A stretch of 64,000 bases of DNA from a virus, in IMG/VR virus record IMGVR_UViG_3300044846_001970, positions 20,511 to 84,510 of that record; one strand, written 5' to 3'. The position numbers and the translations under genes were made by a program. Positions 57,368-64,000 of the stretch are shown in pieces (position 1 is the first letter of the stretch; each line of letters begins with the position of its first letter). A model generated the notes under the pieces. That model did no database searches, had not been told where the DNA came from, and saw only the letters and a program-made list of their open reading frames with translations.

Positions 57368-57761
57368 AGAATGTGATGGTTGTCAAAAGATGACTGTTAT
57401 ATGGAAGAACCATGAGGGATTTAAGTATTGTAAATATTGTTGGAGTTGCCAAAATCCCAAGAATAAAGATAATATACAGAAACCAACTGATTATAAAATC
57501 CCTCAGGTTTCTTCTAAAAGAAAAAAGAAAGATGCAGAGTATCTTAAATTAAGAACAAAGTTTCTTTCTGATCACTCTATGTGTGAGCTTAATTATCCTT
57601 GCTGTAGTAATGGTGCATCAGATGTGCACCACACTTTTGCAGGAGCTAACAGAGATGCATTCTATTTAGTACAAAGTACATGGAAAGCAGCTTGTAGAGC
57701 TTGTCACAAACATTTACATGAACATCCTGCAGAGGCTAGAATACTAGGACACTTAAAATAA
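57354..57761 (+). CDS. HNH-family endonuclease with N-terminal Zn finger
   Basis: CDGC..CKYC; DVHH...CRACHKHLH. Confidence 0.75.
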   Translation: MIKLKECDGCQKMTVIWKNHEGFKYCKYCWSCQNPKNKDNIQKPTDYKIPQVSSKRKKKDAEYLKLRTKFLSDHSMCELNYPCCSNGASDVHHTFAGANRDAFYLVQSTWKAACRACHKHLHEHPAEARILGHLK

Positions 57762-57775
57762 TATGATTTAAACTT

Positions 57776-58528
57776 ATGATTATGAAAGAAAACAAAAATG
57801 ATTTTATTAAAATTGCTGTTACAACAAATTATACCCTGTTTAACAGATTACCAATGCAAAGACCAACAGGATCTAAACATACACAAGATTTAGTAGAAAG
57901 TGTCCGTAAAAAAGGTAACACTAGACAAGTTATTTGTTGTAAAGTAGATTTCTTTACTGGATCAAAATTAACATATGTAATAGATGGTGACCATTTATTA
58001 GATGCTTGTAGAAGAGAAAATATTCCAGTAAGATATGAATATATTGAAATAATTAGCAAAGAAGATCTTGTTGAAACAATGGCTTGTTATAATAATTCAT
58101 CTAAAGCATGGTTGTTAAAAGATTATATTCATGCATTTTCATATTGTAATCCTGATTATGCTATTTTGCAAGAATACATGGGTAGATATAATTTAGAAGC
58201 TCTTATGATTGCATCAATTTGTAATAATACAAACACATATAATGCTATTGCAACTTCAAGTGCTAAAATTAAAAATGGAGAGTTTAAAATTAACAATCCA
58301 AAAGCTGCAGAAATGTGTAAAGCATTTAGTGATTTATTTATTAAAATTGGTGTTGCTGATAGATGGGTCAAGAAACAATTCTTAAATGTATTTATTCAAG
58401 CATATGCTACATATGATCATAAAAAGACTTTAGGCAATATTGAAAAGCATATTAAAACAATTAAAGTTATGTCAGATCCTTCTTATGCTAATGAATTTAT
58501 TCAGAAAAATGTATTTAATTTAATTTAA
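57776..58528 (+). CDS. ParB/Srx-like N-terminal domain protein
   Basis: YVIDGDHLL (DGQHR variant), N..SKAW...DY. Confidence 0.6.
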   Translation: MIMKENKNDFIKIAVTTNYTLFNRLPMQRPTGSKHTQDLVESVRKKGNTRQVICCKVDFFTGSKLTYVIDGDHLLDACRRENIPVRYEYIEIISKEDLVETMACYNNSSKAWLLKDYIHAFSYCNPDYAILQEYMGRYNLEALMIASICNNTNTYNAIATSSAKIKNGEFKINNPKAAEMCKAFSDLFIKIGVADRWVKKQFLNVFIQAYATYDHKKTLGNIEKHIKTIKVMSDPSYANEFIQKNVFNLI

Positions 58529-58532
58529 CAAA

Positions 58533-59624
58533 ATGAACAGAGAAGAAATACAAGCAGAAGCATTAAAAGCTACTGTAGGTAAACAAAAAGCAAGTGTGGT
58601 TTTAGGAACTGGGGTCGGCAAGACCCTGGTTGGCCTAAAACATATGGAACTTAATACTACATCTCTTATGAGAACATTAGTAGTTGCACCTAAAAAATCT
58701 ATCTTTCAATCTTGGAAAGATGATGCAGAAACTTTTAACATGCAAAAACAGTTAAACAGGATTACATTTACAACTTATCTAAGTTTAAATAAACATAACC
58801 CTGGTGACTTTGATGCTGTGTATTTAGATGAAGCTCATTCATTACTTGATAGTCATAGAGGATTTTTACAGTTCTTTAAAGGAAAGATACTAGGTCTTAC
58901 CGGTACTCCACCAAAATATAAAGATTCTGAGAAAGGTAAATTAGTACAGGAGTTTTGTCCTGTAGTATATACTTTTAAAGCAGATGAAGCTATAGAGAAT
59001 GGAATACTAAATGATTACCAGATCATAGTACATGAATTAGAACTTGGTACTGCAAAGAATTATGCTGTAGATATGAAAACTAAATCTTTTATTACCTCTG
59101 AACAATTGAATTATAATTATTGGAGTAATAGAATTGATACAGGTTCCGGTCCTGCACATATTATTAGAGTAATGAGAATGAAAGCTATGATGGAATATCC
59201 AAGCAAAGAAAAGTACACTAAAATACTAATGAACAGTATTAATACTAAATGTATTGTATTTGCTAATACTCAAGATCAAGCTGACAGATTATGTGCTCAT
59301 AGTTATCATAGTAATAATCCTAAATCTGAAAAAAACTTGGAAGATTTTAAAACTGGTAATATTACAAAACTTTCTACTGTTATGCAGTTAAATGAGGGTG
59401 TTAATATTGCTAATCTTAAACAAGGTATCATTATGCATGCATATGGTAATGAAAGAAAAGCTAGTCAGAGAATAGGTAGATTACTTAGGTTAAATCCTGA
59501 TGACAAAGCTATTGTACATATACTATGTTACATAGGGACAGTTGATGAGAAGTGGTGTAAAGAAGCATTAGAAGGTTTTGACCAAAGTAAAATACTTTGG
59601 AAAAACTATAATATTAGCTTATAA
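58533..59624 (+). CDS. Superfamily 2 (DEAH) helicase
   Basis: GTGVGKT, DEAH, LTGT, EGVN, QRIGR. Confidence 0.9.
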   Translation: MNREEIQAEALKATVGKQKASVVLGTGVGKTLVGLKHMELNTTSLMRTLVVAPKKSIFQSWKDDAETFNMQKQLNRITFTTYLSLNKHNPGDFDAVYLDEAHSLLDSHRGFLQFFKGKILGLTGTPPKYKDSEKGKLVQEFCPVVYTFKADEAIENGILNDYQIIVHELELGTAKNYAVDMKTKSFITSEQLNYNYWSNRIDTGSGPAHIIRVMRMKAMMEYPSKEKYTKILMNSINTKCIVFANTQDQADRLCAHSYHSNNPKSEKNLEDFKTGNITKLSTVMQLNEGVNIANLKQGIIMHAYGNERKASQRIGRLLRLNPDDKAIVHILCYIGTVDEKWCKEALEGFDQSKILWKNYNISL

Positions 59625-59640
59625 TTGATTATATTATATT

Positions 59641-59895
59641 ATGGAAATACCAGGACAATATAAAGTAGTTATGTATAATGATGATGTGCATGATTTTCCG
59701 TACATTATGGCTTGCTTAATGAGGTTTTGTACTTATGAACCTATACAAGCAGAACAGTGTGCATTAATTGCACATACCAATGGTCAATGCAGTATTAAGA
59801 ATGGAAATTGGGATGAAATGTTTGAATTAACACAAACTTTAATATCTTTGGACATTAAAGTAATGATAGAATCCTATGAGAGCCATTTGTATTGA
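59641..59895 (+). CDS. clpS: ATP-dependent Clp protease adaptor ClpS
   Basis: VVMYNDDVHDF...QAEQCALIAH..G.C.IK.G. Confidence 0.85.
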   Translation: MEIPGQYKVVMYNDDVHDFPYIMACLMRFCTYEPIQAEQCALIAHTNGQCSIKNGNWDEMFELTQTLISLDIKVMIESYESHLY

Positions 59896-60151
59896 TAGTT
59901 CAGATAAACCAAAAAAAATACCAGATTCAGAATGGATAACTGAAGGTACTACTTATACTATTACCAGAATAGTTAGAATGGGACTTGAAAAAAACAAGTA
60001 TGGAGTTCTTCTTAAAGAAGTACAACTCTCATCTCAATCCTTTCCTTATGAATTATATGATGCTGCAAGATTCTTACCTTTAGATATCTTAGCTAATATG
60101 AAAGAAGAGGAAGAAGTCACCATTAAAGAAGCTGACTTAGAATTAGTTTAA
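59876..60151 (+). CDS. Hypothetical protein
   Basis: MRAICID...Y...RF pattern. Confidence 0.65.
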   Translation: MRAICIDSSDKPKKIPDSEWITEGTTYTITRIVRMGLEKNKYGVLLKEVQLSSQSFPYELYDAARFLPLDILANMKEEEEVTIKEADLELV

Positions 60152-60188
60152 AAATTACTTCTTTTTACCATTTATTTAAAAATATACA

Positions 60189-60626
60189 ATGTATACATCA
60201 AAAGATATTGAGGATGAGTTAAAAAGCATGCTCAAACCTCACAGAAAAAGAGATTATTTAGATAAAAGAAATTATCTAATTGGTATATTATCACACAAGT
60301 ATAATATGACTGAAGACCATATTGCATCTATTACTAATATAAATAGATGTACAATACATGCTGCTAAAGATCAAGCATCCCATTTAATTAAAATAAATAA
60401 TAATGGCTTTTTAACTGCAGCAGCAGATTATATAGAAAAGTTTCCCTATACATTTATTGAGAAAACTAAAAGTGATAGACACAAAAGATTACACACAGTT
60501 GTAGTAACATTAAGTGATCAAACATATAAAAAGCTCAGAAACTATACAAATGTAAAGGAAACAAGTACTATTAATATAGCTGGGAGAAATATAATTGAAA
60601 AATATTTAAAACTATGGGAAGAGTAA
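60189..60626 (+). CDS. Putative HTH DNA-binding protein
   Basis: HIASITNINRCTIHAA (DnaA C-terminal-like HTH). Confidence 0.5.
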   Translation: MYTSKDIEDELKSMLKPHRKRDYLDKRNYLIGILSHKYNMTEDHIASITNINRCTIHAAKDQASHLIKINNNGFLTAAADYIEKFPYTFIEKTKSDRHKRLHTVVVTLSDQTYKKLRNYTNVKETSTINIAGRNIIEKYLKLWEE

Positions 60627-60769
60627 AAGAAATGTATATGGAAATGTTAGAAAGAGATTTAGAATTTCTAACATTAGAACAATACATGCAACTTAAAGAT
60701 CTAGCAGATCAACATGCAGAAGAACAATATTTAAAAGAATTAAAAGAAAAAGGTGATTCAGAAGAATAG
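60614..60769 (+). CDS. Small acidic hypothetical protein
   Basis: Manual translation, 51 aa MGRVKEMYMEM... Confidence 0.55.
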   Translation: MGRVKEMYMEMLERDLEFLTLEQYMQLKDLADQHAEEQYLKELKEKGDSEE

Positions 60770-60800
60770 GCCTAATTATAAACCAATTAAAACCAAATAA

Positions 60801-61799
60801 ATGTTTAGTTTACCAAATCCAAAGAAAACAATAACAATTGATTTTTCAGTTGACCAAATAATGAAAGGCATACCAAAGATTACTGCAGTATCAGATAGTA
60901 AATATAATGTGACTGAAGTAAATGCTATTTTTAACCAAATAACTCTAGAGTGTTCAGAGTTTTTATCTCTTGGTGTATATATTGATTTTAATCTGGCAAA
61001 GAAATCAGATACTTCAACAGAAGTAACAATAGAAATAAGAAGAAAGATAGGTTCTTTTGATAATGCTGTAGAATTACAGAATGCTAACCATCATTTTATG
61101 GATCTAGTAAATTATTTATCTTCAGTTATTGTAATGTCTGATGAAGAATTTAACAAAAAGTACAGTGCTGTATTAGAAGCTATTGCTAATAAAAGTAATG
61201 AAGAAGCTAAACCATGGTTTGCTAAGAAAAACCTTGCTACACTTTATATAATTTTAGGCATTGCTACATTACCATTTTTGATTGGATTTATTATCCTACC
61301 TATTGGACTATATGCTAGAAAGAAAAATAAAGAATATTTAAATTCAAATTGGGGAGTTTTATTATTAATAATAAGTCTAGGACTAGGTTATACAGCAAGT
61401 GCACAATGGACATATGAAACTGTTAATAATGGATTTGATACTCCATATAAAATTGCTTATACAGCAGACAATAATGGATCTTGGCTTAAACTTGAAAATG
61501 TAGATGGTGCTATTTCTTTTTATATAGCAGGAGGATATACTTGTGAAGATTATGTAACAGTAGATGTGTCTTTTTTAGTTGGTGGAGTATATAAGAAATA
61601 TACATTTAGTGCAGTAACTTCTGGAGATGGAGATGTTGTATTTTTTATGGATAACTTATTAACTGCAGATTGTCTTGCTGATTTTAAAGCATGTAATATT
61701 CTTAAATTAAGAATAAATGATGTAACATGTGGTATAGATACATTTGAATTTAAAATGTTTGGAAGCACAGCTGCATTAAACTATGTTATTAATAAGTGA
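60801..61799 (+). CDS. Membrane protein with apparent fused secreted domain
   Basis: TM segments then LGLGYTASA-QWTY signal-like junction. Confidence 0.6.
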   Translation: MFSLPNPKKTITIDFSVDQIMKGIPKITAVSDSKYNVTEVNAIFNQITLECSEFLSLGVYIDFNLAKKSDTSTEVTIEIRRKIGSFDNAVELQNANHHFMDLVNYLSSVIVMSDEEFNKKYSAVLEAIANKSNEEAKPWFAKKNLATLYIILGIATLPFLIGFIILPIGLYARKKNKEYLNSNWGVLLLIISLGLGYTASAQWTYETVNNGFDTPYKIAYTADNNGSWLKLENVDGAISFYIAGGYTCEDYVTVDVSFLVGGVYKKYTFSAVTSGDGDVVFFMDNLLTADCLADFKACNILKLRINDVTCGIDTFEFKMFGSTAALNYVINK

Positions 61800-61987
61800 A
61801 ACACTTTGTAAAATATCTATTGGTATGGGTAAGCCAAAACTTATCCATACCTTTTTGGATGGTTGGTCATATACATCTATCAATGAATGTATATGCTGAT
61901 ATCCATGAGATATTAATGTCCTTTGGTATGAATATCATTGTGGCAATAGGATTTATTATTGACTATAAAGAAACAAGAAAGAAATGA
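61796..61987 (+). CDS. Small membrane protein
   Basis: SQNLSIPFWMVGH, hydrophobic. Confidence 0.6.
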   Translation: MKHFVKYLLVWVSQNLSIPFWMVGHIHLSMNVYADIHEILMSFGMNIIVAIGFIIDYKETRKK

Positions 61988-62235
61988 AACAAACATCAAT
62001 AGAATGGTTGCAAGAACAATTAGAATGTTTTGGAAATAAACATGAATTACAAATGTCTTGGGCTACAGTAGATGAGTTACTTAAACAAGCCAAAGAAATT
62101 GAAAAGCAACAAATAGTAGATTTTGCTTATGTAATAGCAGATGACTTAGCTTGTGGTGTCTTTAGAGAAAAGGAACATATGGAAAAAAGATATGAAGAAT
62201 TTTTAACCTTTAGATCAGAAGAAGATAATGACTAA
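61984..62235 (+). CDS. Hypothetical protein (TAVEWL-type family)
   Basis: MKQTSIEWL...AKEIEKQQ. Confidence 0.65.
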   Translation: MKQTSIEWLQEQLECFGNKHELQMSWATVDELLKQAKEIEKQQIVDFAYVIADDLACGVFREKEHMEKRYEEFLTFRSEEDND

Positions 62236-62419
62236 TATATTAGTCATTTATACCTTTTTGTCACAATTCTAGCTAATATATGTGACATTTTGATAAAGAA
62301 TAAGTGGTAAAAATTACCCCATATCTTAAATAGAAATGATAAAACTGAGTGCAAATTAAGTAAAATGAGCGCAAAGTATGAAAATTAAGTATTAATCACC
62401 ACAATTAACTAAAAATGAT

Positions 62420-62644
62420 ATGAAAGAAACAGCAGTAGAATGGCTTGAAAAAATACGTCAAGGTCAGAAAGGACAACCATTTGATGATTATGAGTGGGAA
62501 ATAGCATTTAATCATGCCAAAGAAATAGAGAAGGAGCAAATGGAAGAGATTAGAGAAATGCTTGTACAAGGTGCGTTAACTAATATGAGTTGTGCTTCTG
62601 CTGTTGTGGAATTTGATAGATTAACTAAACAACAAGAACAATGA
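62420..62644 (+). CDS. Hypothetical protein (TAVEWL-type family)
   Basis: MKETAVEWL...AKEIEKEQ; paralog of 61984..62235. Confidence 0.65.
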   Translation: MKETAVEWLEKIRQGQKGQPFDDYEWEIAFNHAKEIEKEQMEEIREMLVQGALTNMSCASAVVEFDRLTKQQEQ

Positions 62645-62865
62645 GTGATATAACAGTATGTCCAGGAACAGATTGTCCTGTAAAAGAAAAGTGCTATAGA
62701 TTTACAGCACCTAAGAATGAATTATGGCAAAGTTACTTTATGGAAATACCTGGTAAAATAGAAGATGACAAGTTTACTTGTGATATGTATTGGGGTGAAA
62801 AAGCAGAAGGTATATGGAATCAACTAAAAGATATAACAAATGGGGAAGATAATACTGGAGTTTAA
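62641..62865 (+). CDS. Small Cys-containing hypothetical protein
   Basis: DITVC.G..CP.KE.CYRF...QSYF. Confidence 0.65.
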   Translation: MSDITVCPGTDCPVKEKCYRFTAPKNELWQSYFMEIPGKIEDDKFTCDMYWGEKAEGIWNQLKDITNGEDNTGV

Positions 62866-63079
62866 CTCTGAAGAAGAAGGTAATGATGCTAGATTAGCAT
62901 TAGATGGATACAAATGGAAAATAGCTATGTGGGATCTTGACCAAAAGTTAAGAGGTGTTGCAAAATATGGTGCTATTGATAATAGAGAAGCTACACCTGA
63001 AGAACGGGATATGGCTGATAAGGTTCGGGAATTTATAAGAGATATTTTAAATGATTACAATTTAAACTTAGAAGAATGA
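62840..63079 (+). CDS. Hypothetical protein
   Basis: ILEF...WDLDQ.LR...KY. Confidence 0.65.
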   Translation: MGKIILEFNSEEEGNDARLALDGYKWKIAMWDLDQKLRGVAKYGAIDNREATPEERDMADKVREFIRDILNDYNLNLEE

Positions 63080-63486
63080 CAAAAGAAATGAAAACTCTTA
63101 CAAAAGAAATTGTAGAAGAACATTATACTATTACTGAAGGAATAGATGGTAACTTAAGTAACTTAAACTATCTCTGGTATATGTATCATAAAGGTACAAA
63201 AGAGGGATACTGGAAACCATTTATATATATGGCTGAATTACAGTTGCTTAAAAGATTTGATTATATTAATGATTCTGAAATTCAAAACTTAATTAGTATG
63301 ATGGAATCTGAAGATGAAAGTAACATGAGTATAGTAACTTTAGCTATCATGAGTCTTAGACAATTAAGAGTAAAAGAGCATGGTATATATAATAAAGCTA
63401 AGAAAGAGTATTCAAAAATAGCTGAAGTATATCCTAATGAAATACTAAATCATGAAGTATTTACACAAACTATGAAAGCTAGATGA
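63076..63486 (+). CDS. Hypothetical protein
   Basis: ORF in operon. Confidence 0.6.
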   Translation: MTKEMKTLTKEIVEEHYTITEGIDGNLSNLNYLWYMYHKGTKEGYWKPFIYMAELQLLKRFDYINDSEIQNLISMMESEDESNMSIVTLAIMSLRQLRVKEHGIYNKAKKEYSKIAEVYPNEILNHEVFTQTMKAR

Positions 63487-63487
63487 T

Positions 63488-63679
63488 ATGAGTAAACTTC
63501 AAAAAATCTTTATTATTGAAATGATGGGACCTGAAATGGAAAAGTATATTAAACTATTTCCAGAAGATAATTTTTCTAAATTATTAACTCAGTATATACA
63601 AACAAGATTTAAATGTACAAAGCATATTGCAAAAGAAATAACTAAAACTTTAATTGATGACAGAGCAAGAATTAATTGA
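63488..63679 (+). CDS. Hypothetical protein
   Basis: ORF in operon. Confidence 0.55.
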   Translation: MSKLQKIFIIEMMGPEMEKYIKLFPEDNFSKLLTQYIQTRFKCTKHIAKEITKTLIDDRARIN

Positions 63680-63917
63680 CCTTGGTTTTAATAAAATTAC
63701 AGTCACAGATGAAGAAAGTAATAATGGATATGATTATTATTATTATTCTTTACATTTAATGGAAGGATTAGAACTAAATTCTACTGACAGTGATCATAGT
63801 ACTACTCATGGTTGGGAAGTTAATAACTATGACTGGCCAACAGTAAAAAGTATAAGTAAAGAAAGTATTATTTTGTTGAAGCAGATGACTCAAGATCTTC
63901 AAGATCTAAATCCTTAG
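63654..63917 (+). CDS. Hypothetical protein
   Basis: MTEQELIDLGF...YDYYYY. Confidence 0.6.
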   Translation: MMTEQELIDLGFNKITVTDEESNNGYDYYYYSLHLMEGLELNSTDSDHSTTHGWEVNNYDWPTVKSISKESIILLKQMTQDLQDLNP

Positions 63918-64000
63918 TAGATAAGATTTTAGCTTTTTCTGCTAAAATAGTAAACATAATCATAGAAGCAGCTGATTTCCAGCATTCATCAATAGCAGTA

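Noticed and set aside
63868-63999. Possible 3' end of a minus-strand gene entering from the right edge
   Set aside because: An open frame exists, but only ~43 codons are visible and they overlap a plus-strand gene, so support is insufficient.
1-64000. Stop-codon reassignment as seen in some crAss-like phages
   Set aside because: Terminase, portal, MCP and 1800-2100-aa genes are intact and tightly packed in the standard bacterial code; no suppressor tRNA seen.

Overview
AT-rich 64 kb segment of a large crAss-like (Crassvirales-type) phage, most likely infecting a Bacteroidota host. Host cues are TAnnTTTG promoter elements, A-rich translation starts, small lipoproteins and a Bacteroidota-type ClpS. 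Positions 1 to ~50.3 kb form one minus-strand late/structural arm. In transcription order it carries: accessory genes (HExxH protein, small basic proteins, a CDGSH fusion, GroES-like, DUF3310), a Cys-rich fibre, a spanin-holin-amidase lysis cassette, a PD-(D/E)XK nuclease, terminase, portal, scaffold-like protein, major capsid protein, small Lys-rich proteins, ring/tail proteins, a ferritin-like protein, Cys-rich fibres, tail stabilization (muzzle) protein and large cargo/ejection-type proteins. After a strand switch at ~50.4-50.9 kb, a plus-strand early arm begins with nine copies of a 20-bp motif that head small ORFs or ORF-less structured segments. It continues with HNH, ParB-like, SF2 helicase, ClpS and many hypotheticals. 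The most notable observations are (1) a Lys-rich xxxGG motif repeated ~35-40 times, which separates modules in cargo proteins and tags small basic proteins, (2) the 20-bp repeat/terminator cassette array with candidate sRNAs, and (3) a CDGSH domain fused to an Acb2-like hairpin. All product calls come from motif recognition and gene order by eye, not from database searches.
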